Notes: generated by a model from the letters alone, not told the origin. A DNA stretch of 64,000 nt from an uncultured Pelagibacteraceae bacterium (GCA_902538255.1 CACBEJ010000002.1:45381-109380), one strand, 5' to 3'. Counted from the stretch's first letter, positions 21,687 through 32,023 are shown. Made by a program: numbers and translations.

Positions 21687-21948
21687 AGTAGGGGCGTTCT
21701 GTTGCCAGGTGCCCCAGACCCCGTTTGCTTAATTAACTAAGTTAATTAGGCAGCAAGTGCATAACTTTCGTTAGCAATTATAAAATAGCCCGTTACGGTG
21801 GAACAATCCCGAACGAAAGAATAGCCTTTAGTCACCCGTCGAATCTAGTTCACCCCCATAAGTTGTAATGGTGGAGGTGGTGGGTACTGCCCCCACGTCC
21901 GCAATGGTTATTACGAAATTCGTTTATCGTCGTAGTTGGAAAACCAAC
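21687..21948 (-). ncRNA. ssrA: Two-piece (circularly permuted) tmRNA; tag ANESYALAA
   Basis: Minus strand: acceptor piece ending ...GTACCCACCACCTCCACCA (CCA at 21869), 11-nt intervening segment, coding piece starting GGGGGTGAACTAGATTCGAC (21857) giving a G3:U70 pair; tag frame 21775-21746 GCT AAC GAA AGT TAT GCA CTT GCT GCC TAA; ends approximate. Confidence 0.95.
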
Positions 21949-21990
21949 ATTATTAATATAAAAGTAATTACAATAGATTCAATAACAATC

Positions 21991-22938
21991 ATGAAATTAA
22001 CTAAAGAGCAACAAGAAGAAATAAAAAATCAACAATCTCAAAGCAATAAAACAAAAAGAGTTACCGCTCCAGAGCTTGAAAAAATCCTATATGAAGCAAT
22101 CCCAGCTTTAGATCATGGTTTTGTTAGAGTAGTTGATTATATGGGTGATGACACATCTATTGTTCAATCAGCAAGAGTATCATATGGAAAAGGTACAAAA
22201 CAAGTTTCTACTGACAAAGGTTTAATTAAATATTTGATGAGGCACTGGCACAGCACTCCATTTGAAATGTGTGAAATTAAATATCACGTAAAGCTTCCAA
22301 TATTTATTGCAAGACAGTGGATTAGACATAGAACAGCAAATGTAAATGAATACTCTGCAAGGTATTCAATTCTTGATAAAGAATTTTATTTACCATCACA
22401 AGAAAATTTAGCTGCTCAATCAACTAGTAACAGACAGGGTAGAGGAGAAGTGCTTGAGGGAGAACAAGCACAAAAAGTTTTAGAACTATTAAAGAGTGAT
22501 GCAGAAAGAACTTATGATAATTACGAAACAATGTTAAATGAAAGATATGATGGCTCTACAATAGATGAAAACAAAAAAGGTTTAGCTAGAGAATTAGCCA
22601 GAATGAATCTTACATTAAATACCTATACTCAATGGTATTGGAAAACCGACTTATTAAATCTTATGAATTTTTTAAGATTGAGATCAGATCATCATGCACA
22701 GTATGAAATAAGAGTTTATGCAGATATAATGCTTGATACACTTAAAAAATGGGTACCGATTACATATGATGCATTTATGGATTACAGAGTAGGTGGTACA
22801 GAAGTATCTGCTAAAGGAAAATCAGTTATTCAAAAATTAATTAAGGGCGAGAATATAAAAATAGAAGATTCCGGATTATCAAAAAGAGAATGGAATGAAC
22901 TAATGACTGCTTTTAATTTGAGCGATAAACTTGTCTAA
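21991..22938 (+). CDS. thyX: FAD-dependent thymidylate synthase
   Basis: [14 protein letters not shown]...NEYSARY, HAQYEIR; start moved to ATG 21991 because the longer ORF overlaps the tmRNA. Confidence 0.96.
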   Translation: MKLTKEQQEEIKNQQSQSNKTKRVTAPELEKILYEAIPALDHGFVRVVDYMGDDTSIVQSARVSYGKGTKQVSTDKGLIKYLMRHWHSTPFEMCEIKYHVKLPIFIARQWIRHRTANVNEYSARYSILDKEFYLPSQENLAAQSTSNRQGRGEVLEGEQAQKVLELLKSDAERTYDNYETMLNERYDGSTIDENKKGLARELARMNLTLNTYTQWYWKTDLLNLMNFLRLRSDHHAQYEIRVYADIMLDTLKKWVPITYDAFMDYRVGGTEVSAKGKSVIQKLIKGENIKIEDSGLSKREWNELMTAFNLSDKLV

Positions 22939-22952
22939 AATTTTTTAAAGTA

Positions 22953-24827
22953 ATGTTAGATTTTGAATATAAAAAAAATATTCAATTTTTAAGGGGTTTA
23001 TCAGTAATTTTTGTTTTTCTTTATCACACAAACATTCCTTTTTTTGAGAGAGGTTATTTAGGAGTAGACATATTTTTTGTTATATCTGGCTTTGTTATTA
23101 CACAAAGAATATTTCAGAATTATGAAATTAAAAAAAAAATTTCTTTAGGAGATTTTTATTTAAAACGATTTAAAAGAATTATACCTAATTTATTTTTTAT
23201 AGTTGGATTTACTTTTATTTTTTACTTATTATTTGGTCCACCAGATTTATCTCTATGGAATGAAACTCTCAGTGCTATATTTGGTGTTTCGAATATTTAT
23301 TACATAATTCATGATATTGGTTATTTTGACAATGTTTTTGATGATCCACTGGCCCATACTTGGTCTTTAGGAGTCGAGGAGCAATTTTATTTATTATACC
23401 CATTATTAATATTTTTAATTTTTCAGTTTAAAAATAATAAATTTTTAAAATTACAAATTTCTTTTTTGATAATTTTTTTGATTTCTGTGTTTTTTTATAA
23501 ATTTAAATTAGATACCAACCCGTCATTAGCTTTTTTTTTATCACCTTTAAGATTTTGGGAGCTAATTTTTGGAGCAATTTTATTTTTGAATTCAAATAGA
23601 TTTAAAAAAAATAATCTAATATCTATTTTTTCCTTATTATTGATAACTTTTTTAATCTTTATTGATTTTGATTATGACTATTTCTATCTTAACTTAATAA
23701 TTGTCTTATTAAGTGGTTCTTTTATCATTTTCTTTTCAAGATCAAAGTTTATAGAAAATGTTACTCTCGTATATTTTGGCAATATATCATATTCTTTCTA
23801 TCTATGGCATCTTCCAGTTTTATTTTTTCTTGATCTATATATTTTAAATAAATTCTATGTAGATGTGATATTAAGTTTTTTAGTTACATTAATTTTGTCC
23901 ATAACAACATACCATTTAATTGAGCAAAAATTTAGATATTTTAAATTTAGAAAATTTAAAAAATTAATTTTTTTATGTTTGCCAATATTTTTGCTAATTT
24001 TTGGATCTTTGATATATGTAAAATATTTCAACAATACTATTAGGCAAGATTTAAGAAATTTTATTTATAATATTAATTACCTAAACTATACGTACAACTG
24101 GAATAATAGAGTTCCTTTCAATCATTTAATTTATTTGGATGATAAAAAAATTTATGATCATTGTGAAGATAGTTCTAGAAATTTTTCCAGAAATTCTGAT
24201 GGTTTGAAAAAAGAATGTTTAAGACAAGAAAATTATAAATCTCTTTTCTTTATCGAGGGAAATAGCCATACTGCACAATTTATTCCTATATTTAACAAAT
24301 TAAAAAAAATAGAAAACATATATTACAAACATGCAGTTTATTATAATATTTCTGTAGATGAGGTAAATAAATTATCTAAAATATTTTCCGAAATTATTTA
24401 TGTAACTAATATCGACAATCAAGAAAAACTACAGAAGATTAAAGAAAAATATCCAAAGTTTAATAAAAATATTAAATTTATATTTTTTAATTCAACACCA
24501 TATCCAGAAAATAAGTATCAACCATTTAAATGTTTAGTCCAACAAATTAATTGTTCAATTAATAAATCTAAAGATTTTGAAAAAAGATCTTTAAGTGAGT
24601 TATTTAAAGAGATCAAAATTTTTAAAACTCAAAATAAAAATATTTTTATATTTGATTCTTATGTAGGCCTCTGTCCAGGAGAAAAATGTAAAATATACGA
24701 CAGAGATAAAGATTTACTGTTTTACAGAGATGCTAGTCATTTAGTTGTCGAAGGTTCTGAAACTTTAACATCAAAATTTAATGATTTTATCAAATCACTT
24801 AAAAAAAATAATCTTATATTAAATTAA
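22953..24827 (+). CDS. Acyltransferase-3 membrane domain fused to SGNH domain (OafA/OatA-like O-acetyltransferase)
   Basis: LRGLSV, GVDIFFVISGF, KRFKRI.P, HTWSLGVEEQFY, ISYSFYLWH; C-terminal GNSH and DASH motifs; extremely AT-rich. Confidence 0.9.
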   Translation: MLDFEYKKNIQFLRGLSVIFVFLYHTNIPFFERGYLGVDIFFVISGFVITQRIFQNYEIKKKISLGDFYLKRFKRIIPNLFFIVGFTFIFYLLFGPPDLSLWNETLSAIFGVSNIYYIIHDIGYFDNVFDDPLAHTWSLGVEEQFYLLYPLLIFLIFQFKNNKFLKLQISFLIIFLISVFFYKFKLDTNPSLAFFLSPLRFWELIFGAILFLNSNRFKKNNLISIFSLLLITFLIFIDFDYDYFYLNLIIVLLSGSFIIFFSRSKFIENVTLVYFGNISYSFYLWHLPVLFFLDLYILNKFYVDVILSFLVTLILSITTYHLIEQKFRYFKFRKFKKLIFLCLPIFLLIFGSLIYVKYFNNTIRQDLRNFIYNINYLNYTYNWNNRVPFNHLIYLDDKKIYDHCEDSSRNFSRNSDGLKKECLRQENYKSLFFIEGNSHTAQFIPIFNKLKKIENIYYKHAVYYNISVDEVNKLSKIFSEIIYVTNIDNQEKLQKIKEKYPKFNKNIKFIFFNSTPYPENKYQPFKCLVQQINCSINKSKDFEKRSLSELFKEIKIFKTQNKNIFIFDSYVGLCPGEKCKIYDRDKDLLFYRDASHLVVEGSETLTSKFNDFIKSLKKNNLILN

Positions 24828-25654
24828 TTATCTAAAAAATTTGATTTAATTTTTTTTGCCAAATTTATATAAATTTGTGAAATTTTACTGTCTGGGTTAT
24901 TTTCAACAATAGGTTTGCCTTGATCTCCAGATTTACCAACTTCTGGAACAATTGGTATTTCACCTAAAAATTCTTTTTGAAATTCCTCTGCAGTTTTTTT
25001 AACTCCACCTTCTCCAAAAATATTGTATTTTTTTCCATCATCACCGATGAAAAAACTCATATTATCAACTAAACCCAATATTTTTACTCCAAGTTTATCA
25101 AACATCTTAATTCCTCTTTTAACATCTAAAAGAGCTACTTCTTGAGGTGTACTTACAATTATTGCACCATCCATTTTAATTTCTTGTGAAAATGTAAGTT
25201 GAGTGTCACCAGTTCCTGGTGGCATATCAATAATAATAAAATCCAAGTCCTTCCAGTTTACTTTCTGGGTAAAAGTTTTAATTGCGCTTGTCACCATTGG
25301 TCCACGCCATATCATTGGAGTTTGTTGATCAGCTAAAAAACCAATCGACATGCACTGAATATCATATTTTGAAATTGGATCTAATTTTTGACCATCACTT
25401 TTTGGTTTTTCATTAATATCAAACATTTTAGGAATTGATGGACCATAAATATCTGCATCTAAAAGACCAATTTTGCACCCAACTTTTTTTAACGCTAAAG
25501 CAAGATTCGTTGCAAACGTAGATTTCCCAACTCCACCTTTCGCACTAGAGATTGCAATTGTAAACTTAGTTCCAATAATAGGATTTTTAGTGAACTTTTT
25601 TGGCTCCAGTTTGCTTTTCATTGCGGCACTAAGTTCAGGTTTTTTATCAGCCAT
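24824..25654 (-). CDS. mrp: Mrp/ApbC/NBP35 family ATP-binding protein
   Basis: KGGVGKST, DADIYGPS, WRGPM, DMPPGTGD, STPQ; start at ATG 25654. Confidence 0.93.
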   Translation of the reverse strand: MADKKPELSAAMKSKLEPKKFTKNPIIGTKFTIAISSAKGGVGKSTFATNLALALKKVGCKIGLLDADIYGPSIPKMFDINEKPKSDGQKLDPISKYDIQCMSIGFLADQQTPMIWRGPMVTSAIKTFTQKVNWKDLDFIIIDMPPGTGDTQLTFSQEIKMDGAIIVSTPQEVALLDVKRGIKMFDKLGVKILGLVDNMSFFIGDDGKKYNIFGEGGVKKTAEEFQKEFLGEIPIVPEVGKSGDQGKPIVENNPDSKISQIYINLAKKIKSNFLDN

Positions 25655-25703
25655 AAAAGTATCATTACTTGTTTTTTGTAATAAAGACACTATATAAGTT
25701 GTC

Positions 25704-26804
25704 ATGTCAGACGATTTTAAAGGTCAAAGTCCTTGGGGAGCACCTCCAGGTGGAGGTGGCAGTGGCAATGGATCAGGTAGAGGTCCTAGACCACCAAATG
25801 TCGATGAATTAATCAGAGATCTTCAGGATAAAATAAAAAGATTTTTACCTGGTGGAAAAACATCAGGAGGAAAATCAATAAGTCTAATTTTATTAGTTTT
25901 AGTTTTTGTATGGTTAGCGAGCGGACTTTATAGAGTATTACCCGATGAACAAGGTGTAGTATTAAGATTTGGTAAGTTTGTAAAAACAACACAGCCTGGT
26001 TTGAACTATCATATACCTTTTCCTGTTGAGACTGTTCAAACACCGAAAGTCACTAAGGTTAATCGAATGGATATAGGATTTAGATCTGAGAGAGATAGTG
26101 GTTTTTCTACTGGGGGTGGAGTTGCAGATGTACCTCAAGAAAGCCTGATGTTAACTGGAGATGAAAATATTGTTAACATAGACTTTTCAGTTTTCTGGGT
26201 AATTAAAGATGCAGGAAATTTTTTATTTAAAATTCAAGACCCTGAAGGAACGGTTAAAGCAGCTGCTGAAACTGCAATGAGAGAAGTAATAGCGAAGAGT
26301 GATATTCAGCCAATTTTAACAGAGGGTAGATCAAAAATTGAACTTGAAACTCAAGAAATTATTCAAACTATTTTAGATGATTACGAAAGCGGAATTCAAA
26401 TTACTCAAGTTCAAACACAAAAAGCTGACCCACCAGATCAAGTAATCGACGCATTTAGAGATGTACAAGCTGCAAGAGCAGACATGGAAAGATCCAAAAA
26501 CGAAGCCGAGGCTTATGCCAATGATGTTATTCCAAGAGCACGAGGGGAAGCACAAAAAATTTTACAAGCTGCAGAAGCTTACAAAAAAGAAGTTGTTGCA
26601 AAAGCAGAGGGTGAAGCAAGTAGATTTATAGCAATTTACAATGAGTATAAAAATGCAAAGGCAGTTACTCAAGAAAGAATGTATTTAGAGACTATGGAGA
26701 AAGTTTTAGCTGATATAGATAAAGTAATTATAGAAAAAAATGCAGGTTCAGGAGTAGTTCCATATTTGCCTTTACCTGAATTAAAAAAGAAAGCGACAAA
26801 TTAA
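25704..26804 (+). CDS. hflK: FtsH protease modulator HflK
   Basis: N-terminal PW-G-rich segment, one TM, SPFH domain (MLTGDENIV, AEAYAN..IPRARG, RMYLETME). Confidence 0.96.
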   Translation: MSDDFKGQSPWGAPPGGGGSGNGSGRGPRPPNVDELIRDLQDKIKRFLPGGKTSGGKSISLILLVLVFVWLASGLYRVLPDEQGVVLRFGKFVKTTQPGLNYHIPFPVETVQTPKVTKVNRMDIGFRSERDSGFSTGGGVADVPQESLMLTGDENIVNIDFSVFWVIKDAGNFLFKIQDPEGTVKAAAETAMREVIAKSDIQPILTEGRSKIELETQEIIQTILDDYESGIQITQVQTQKADPPDQVIDAFRDVQAARADMERSKNEAEAYANDVIPRARGEAQKILQAAEAYKKEVVAKAEGEASRFIAIYNEYKNAKAVTQERMYLETMEKVLADIDKVIIEKNAGSGVVPYLPLPELKKKATN

Positions 26805-26805
26805 G

Positions 26806-27678
26806 ATGAAAGCTGGAAAAATTTTAGCAGGAGTATTGGTTGCAATTGGTGTTGTAGCTTTTTTATCAGTAATTATAGTTAAAGAGGTTAATCAAGCAAT
26901 TATTCTTCAATTTGGTGATCCAAAAAGAATAATAATGAAGCCAGGATTAAACTTTAAAATTCCTTTTATTCAAAATGTTGTTTATTTAGATAAAAGAATT
27001 TTAAATTTAGATGCTCCACCAGAAGAGGTTATTGCATCAGATCAAAAAAGATTAATTGTTGATGCATTTGCAAGATTTCAAATTGTTGATCCATTGAAGT
27101 TTTATATTTCAGTTGGAAATGAAAGAGTTGCAAGGTCAAGATTATCAACAATTATAAATTCAAGAATTAGAAATGTATTAGGTCAAGAAGAATTACAAAC
27201 ATTGTTATCTAAAGATAGATCTAAGCAAATGGCTTTAATTAAAGAAGGTGTAAATAACGAAGCACAAAACTTTGGAATAAATATTGTTGATGTCAGAATT
27301 AAAAGAGCAGATCTTCCCCAAGCTAACAGTGATGCAATTTATAGAAGAATGCAAACTGAAAGGGAGAGAGAAGCAAAAGAATTTAGAGCAAAAGGAGCAG
27401 AGATGGCTGTCACTATTACATCAACTGCTGACAAAGAAGTTACAGTAATCTTAGCAGATGCTCAGAAACAATCTGAGATTATGAAAGGGGAAGGTGATGG
27501 AGAAAGAAATAAAATATTTGCTGATGCCTTTGGCCAAGATCCAGAATTTTTTGCTTTCTATAGAGCTATGCAAGCATATGAAAAAGCCCTTATTGGCGGC
27601 GAAACTTCTTTAATTTTATCACCTGATAGTGAATTTTTTAAATTTTTTGGAAATATAAAACCTGAAATCCAGCAATAA
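26806..27678 (+). CDS. hflC: FtsH protease modulator HflC
   Basis: PGLNFKIPF, VDVRIKRADLP, DPEFFAFYR; follows hflK. Confidence 0.96.
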   Translation: MKAGKILAGVLVAIGVVAFLSVIIVKEVNQAIILQFGDPKRIIMKPGLNFKIPFIQNVVYLDKRILNLDAPPEEVIASDQKRLIVDAFARFQIVDPLKFYISVGNERVARSRLSTIINSRIRNVLGQEELQTLLSKDRSKQMALIKEGVNNEAQNFGINIVDVRIKRADLPQANSDAIYRRMQTEREREAKEFRAKGAEMAVTITSTADKEVTVILADAQKQSEIMKGEGDGERNKIFADAFGQDPEFFAFYRAMQAYEKALIGGETSLILSPDSEFFKFFGNIKPEIQQ

Positions 27679-27685
27679 TCTTTAA

Positions 27686-27871
27686 ATGCGTGAGCTAGTT
27701 ATAGCTTTAGGTCTTTTTTTATTTATTGAGGGAATTTTGTACGCCTTATTTCCAGCAAAAATGAAAAGTATGTTGAAAAAATTAGAACTTGTTAAAGATA
27801 GTCAACTTAGATCAGGCGGACTTATTTTTGCTGTAATAGGTTTTATAATTGTTTATTACGTTAAGAGCTAA
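27686..27871 (+). CDS. DUF2065 family small membrane protein (YjeT-like)
   Basis: ALGLFLFIEGILYALFP...LRSGGL; conserved position after hflC. Confidence 0.85.
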   Translation: MRELVIALGLFLFIEGILYALFPAKMKSMLKKLELVKDSQLRSGGLIFAVIGFIIVYYVKS

Positions 27872-27872
27872 T

Positions 27873-29288
27873 ATGAAAAAAATTAAAATTATTTTTTTAA
27901 CAATAGTTCTATCATTCACTTTTTCATTAAATGCAAGTTCTAAACAAGTTCCTGCTTCATTCGCAGATCTTGCAGAAAAATTAATGCCGTCTGTGGTGAA
28001 TATTTCTACTACAACAACTGTGGTAACTAACACCAATCCTTTCCCTTTTCAATTTCCTCCAGGCTCTCCTTTTGAAGATATGTTTAAAGAATTTGGAACA
28101 CCTCAGGAAAGACAATCAGCTGCATTAGGTTCTGGATTTATAATTGATGAGAAAGGAATTGTTGTAACAAATAATCACGTAATTAAAGATGCAGACGATA
28201 TTATTGTTAGAGTAAATGGGGATCAAGAATTTAAAGCAAAGGTTCTCGGTGCTGACCCACTTATGGATATTGCAGTTTTACAATTAGAAACAGATGAAAA
28301 ATTTATCCCAGTGGCATTTGGAGATTCAGATAAAGCAAGAATTGGAGATTGGGTTTTAGCAATTGGAAATCCATTTGGTTTAGGTGGAACTGTTACTGCT
28401 GGAATTATTTCAGCTAGAAATAGATCAATTGGTTTATCACGATATGAAGATTTTATTCAAACAGATGCTTCTATAAACTCTGGTAATTCAGGAGGACCTT
28501 TATTTGATATGGAAGGAAATGTAATCGGAATTAATACAGCAATTCTTGGACGTAATGGTTCGATTGGAATTGGATTTTCTATACCATCCAACAGTGCACA
28601 AATTGTAATTAAACAATTAATTGAATTTGGCGAAACAAAAAGAGGTTGGCTGGGAGTTAGAATTCAAGATGTTACAAAAGAAATCGCTGAAGTTGAAAAA
28701 TTAGACAAAGCAAGAGGAGCATTAGTTGCTAGTGTTGCAGAAAATAGTCCATCAGAAAAAGCAGGAATACAAGCTGGTGATATTATTTTAGAATTTAATG
28801 GAGAAAAAATAAACCAAATGAAAGAACTTCCAGCTATTGTAGCAAGAACAGAAGTTGGAAAAAAAGTTGAAGTTAAAATTTGGAGAGATAAAAGAGAAAT
28901 AATTAAAAATGTTATTTTAGGGAGATTAGAAACTTCAGAAGATTTCAAAATAAGTAAAAATCAAGAAACTCAAAAACAGAGCAACGAAGAGATTATTGAA
29001 AGTTTGAGAATTGCAGTAAGACCTTTGACTAAAGAAGACATAAAAAATAGAAAATTACCAAACCAGACAACAGGTTTAGTAATAACAAGAATTGCAAATA
29101 ACAGCCCCTTAGTAAATTCAATAGAGCTTAACAGTATCGTTGTTGAAGCTCAGAAGAAAAAAATTAGGACAGCAAACGATTTAATAAATATTACTAATGA
29201 AGTTCTTAATTCAAATCAGAAAACAGTTTTACTAGCAATTTATAACAATCAAAATCAACGAAGATATATTGGTGTTAAGTTAGATTAA
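27873..29288 (+). CDS. degP: Do/DegP/DegQ family periplasmic serine protease
   Basis: Signal peptide, LGSGFII, TNNHV, IQTDASINSGNSGGPL, PDZ domains; start at ATG 27873. Confidence 0.93.
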   Translation: MKKIKIIFLTIVLSFTFSLNASSKQVPASFADLAEKLMPSVVNISTTTTVVTNTNPFPFQFPPGSPFEDMFKEFGTPQERQSAALGSGFIIDEKGIVVTNNHVIKDADDIIVRVNGDQEFKAKVLGADPLMDIAVLQLETDEKFIPVAFGDSDKARIGDWVLAIGNPFGLGGTVTAGIISARNRSIGLSRYEDFIQTDASINSGNSGGPLFDMEGNVIGINTAILGRNGSIGIGFSIPSNSAQIVIKQLIEFGETKRGWLGVRIQDVTKEIAEVEKLDKARGALVASVAENSPSEKAGIQAGDIILEFNGEKINQMKELPAIVARTEVGKKVEVKIWRDKREIIKNVILGRLETSEDFKISKNQETQKQSNEEIIESLRIAVRPLTKEDIKNRKLPNQTTGLVITRIANNSPLVNSIELNSIVVEAQKKKIRTANDLINITNEVLNSNQKTVLLAIYNNQNQRRYIGVKLD

Positions 29289-29290
29289 TA

Positions 29291-30199
29291 ATGGATTTCA
29301 AATCCAAGATTATATTAATATCTGGACCAACAGCCTCAGGAAAATCAACTTTTGCAATAAAAGTTGCTAAGAAGGTTAATGGGGAAATTATTAATGCAGA
29401 TAGCATGCAAGTATACAAAGAGCTTAAAATCTTGTCAGCTAGACCAGATCCAAAAAAATATCAGAAAATAAAACATCACTTATATGGTTTTCATAATGCA
29501 TCAAAAAACTTCTCCACAGGTGATTGGCTTAAGCTAGCAATTAAAAAAATCAAGGAAGTACAAAAGAGAAAAAAAACTCCAATTCTTGTTGGAGGGACAG
29601 GTTTGTATTTTAAAGCCTTAACTGATGGTTTAGTAAAAATACCAAATATTTCATTAAAATTGAGAAATCAAACTAGAGATTTTCAAAAAAATCTAGGACA
29701 AAAAAAGTTTTATGAAAAACTATTACAACTAGATCCATCTTCAAGGGGAAAAATAAAACCCACTGACACTCAAAGATCCATCAGAGCCTATGAAGTTAAA
29801 AAGTTTACAAAAAAATCTCTAACTGAATGGTTTAAAAACACAAAATCAAACTTCGTAGAAGATGACTTTTTTAAAGTTTATATTGACTACCCTAGACAAG
29901 AATTAATTGAGCGTATCAATGTAAGAACAAGAGATATGATAGAAAATGGAGCACTTAAAGAAGTAAAAGATTTCATTAAGCTAAGGGTTAGAAAAGATAA
30001 AAGTTCCAACAAGGCTATTGGCGTTACTGAGATTACAGAATATTTAAAAAATCAAAAAAATTTGAATGATACTAGAGATAAAATCGCCATAAAAACTAGA
30101 CAATACGCCAAAAGACAAAGCACTTGGGCTAGAGGTAACATGATGAGTTGGATCAAACTAAAGCCACAAGACATAAATAATTTTTTGAAAAAAATTTAA
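29291..30199 (+). CDS. miaA: tRNA dimethylallyltransferase
   Basis: GPTASGKS, NADSMQVY, VGGTGLY, TRQYAKRQ.TW. Confidence 0.97.
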   Translation: MDFKSKIILISGPTASGKSTFAIKVAKKVNGEIINADSMQVYKELKILSARPDPKKYQKIKHHLYGFHNASKNFSTGDWLKLAIKKIKEVQKRKKTPILVGGTGLYFKALTDGLVKIPNISLKLRNQTRDFQKNLGQKKFYEKLLQLDPSSRGKIKPTDTQRSIRAYEVKKFTKKSLTEWFKNTKSNFVEDDFFKVYIDYPRQELIERINVRTRDMIENGALKEVKDFIKLRVRKDKSSNKAIGVTEITEYLKNQKNLNDTRDKIAIKTRQYAKRQSTWARGNMMSWIKLKPQDINNFLKKI

Positions 30200-30216
30200 A
30201 ATTTTCATTCTTAAAC

Positions 30217-30246
30217 TTGACCAATGAGTACAACTTCAGCTAGATT
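30217..30246 (+). promoter_or_regulatory. Putative sigma70 promoter of ilvIHC, possibly leaderless transcript
   Basis: TTGACC-18 nt-TAGATT ending 5 nt before ATG 30252; no SD. Confidence 0.45.
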
Positions 30247-30251
30247 GCATA

Positions 30252-32018
30252 ATGCCAAAATTATTTAGTGGAGCAGAAATTGTTTTTAAATGTCTTGAAG
30301 ACCAAAAGGTAGAGCATATCTTTGGTTATCCTGGCGGTGCTGTTTTACCAATTTATGACGAATTAAAAAATCATCCTTCTATAAAACATATTTTAGTTAG
30401 ACACGAACAAGGTGCTGGTCATGCAGCTGAGGGATATGCAAGATCATCTGGAAAACCAGGAGTAGTTTTAGTTACATCAGGTCCAGGAGCCACAAATGTT
30501 GTAACTGCATTAACTGATGCATACATGGACTCAGTTCCATTAGTTTGTATTTCTGGTCAGGTTCCAACACATTTAATTGGAACTGATGCTTTTCAAGAAT
30601 GTGACACGACAGGAATTACAAGACCTTGCACGAAACACAATTGGTTAGTTAAAGATATAAATGATCTTTCAAAAGTTATGCATGAAGCTTTTAGAGTTGC
30701 AACAACTGGAAGACCCGGACCAGTTTTAATTGATATTCCAAAAGATGTTCAATTTGCAAAGACAAAATATAAAAAACCTAATAATGAAAAAAAATTAAAC
30801 GGAAAAACACATAATAAATTTTCTCAAGATCAAATTGATGAATTAATAAAATTATTAAGCAAAGCAAAAAAACCAATCATCTATAGTGGCGGAGGAGTAA
30901 TTAACTCAGGACCAAAAGCAAGCCAAGCTCTAAGAGAATTTGTGGATTTAACTGGATTTCCGATTACTTCTACTCTTCAAGGTTTGGGTGCATACCCTGG
31001 AGACGATAATCAATTTTTAGGAATGCTTGGAATGCATGGCACTTATGAAGCAAATAATGCAATGCATGATTGTGATTTATTAATTAATATCGGTGCAAGG
31101 TTTGATGATCGTATTACCGGAAAAATAGATGAGTTTTCACCAAATTCAAAAAAGGTTCATATTGATATTGATCCATCATCAATTAATAAAATTATCAAGG
31201 TAGATCTTGCAATAGTTGGAGATGTTACGAGTGTTATAAGTAAAATTAATAAAACAATCTCGAAAAGTAAAAATGGTCATAGCAAATCAAACAAATCAAA
31301 CATTGCTAAATGGTGGGAGCAAATTGAAAAATGGAGAGAAAAAAATTCTCTTAATTTTGTTAACAGTGATGAAAGTATAAAACCACAACACGCTGTTCAA
31401 AGACTTTATGAATTAACTAAGAATAAAGATACTTATGTCACTACTGAGGTTGGGCAACATCAAATGTGGGCTGCCCAGCATTATAAATTTAATAAACCGA
31501 ACAGATGGATGACATCTGGTGGACTAGGTACTATGGGATATGGATTGCCAGCAGCTGTTGGAGTACAAATTGCTCATCCTGAAAAATTAGTAATTGATAT
31601 TGCAGGAGAAGCTTCAGTTTTAATGACTATGCAAGAAATGTCTACTGCAGTTCAGTACAATCTTCCTATAAAAATATTTATTTTAAACAATCAATACATG
31701 GGAATGGTAAGACAGTGGCAGGAATTACTGCATGAAAAAAATTATTCTGAAAGTTATTCAGAAGCATTACCAGATTTTATGAAAATGGCAGAGGCTTATG
31801 GTTGCAAAGGAATTAAAGCTGACAATCCATCTGATCTTGATTATAAAATTCAAGAAATGATTGATTACGATGGACCTGTTATATTTGATTGTCATGTAGA
31901 TCCTAATGAAAATTGCTTTCCAATGATTCCATCTGGAAAACCTCATAACCAAATGATCTTAGGTCCAAATGATCAAGAGGATAATAAAATTAAAGGAAAA
32001 GGCAAAGCCCTAGTATAA
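30252..32018 (+). CDS. ilvI: Acetolactate synthase large subunit
   Basis: FGYPGGAVLP, RHEQGA, GMLGMHG, SGGLGTMGYGLP, LNNQYMGMVRQWQ. Confidence 0.97.
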   Translation: MPKLFSGAEIVFKCLEDQKVEHIFGYPGGAVLPIYDELKNHPSIKHILVRHEQGAGHAAEGYARSSGKPGVVLVTSGPGATNVVTALTDAYMDSVPLVCISGQVPTHLIGTDAFQECDTTGITRPCTKHNWLVKDINDLSKVMHEAFRVATTGRPGPVLIDIPKDVQFAKTKYKKPNNEKKLNGKTHNKFSQDQIDELIKLLSKAKKPIIYSGGGVINSGPKASQALREFVDLTGFPITSTLQGLGAYPGDDNQFLGMLGMHGTYEANNAMHDCDLLINIGARFDDRITGKIDEFSPNSKKVHIDIDPSSINKIIKVDLAIVGDVTSVISKINKTISKSKNGHSKSNKSNIAKWWEQIEKWREKNSLNFVNSDESIKPQHAVQRLYELTKNKDTYVTTEVGQHQMWAAQHYKFNKPNRWMTSGGLGTMGYGLPAAVGVQIAHPEKLVIDIAGEASVLMTMQEMSTAVQYNLPIKIFILNNQYMGMVRQWQELLHEKNYSESYSEALPDFMKMAEAYGCKGIKADNPSDLDYKIQEMIDYDGPVIFDCHVDPNENCFPMIPSGKPHNQMILGPNDQEDNKIKGKGKALV

Positions 32019-32023
32019 TAATA

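Noticed and set aside
21868-21990. N-terminal 41-aa extension of the thyX ORF ([11 protein letters not shown]...)
   Set aside because: It is the antisense of the tmRNA acceptor piece; MVEVxG is a typical reverse-tRNA artefact. The likely start is ATG 21991.
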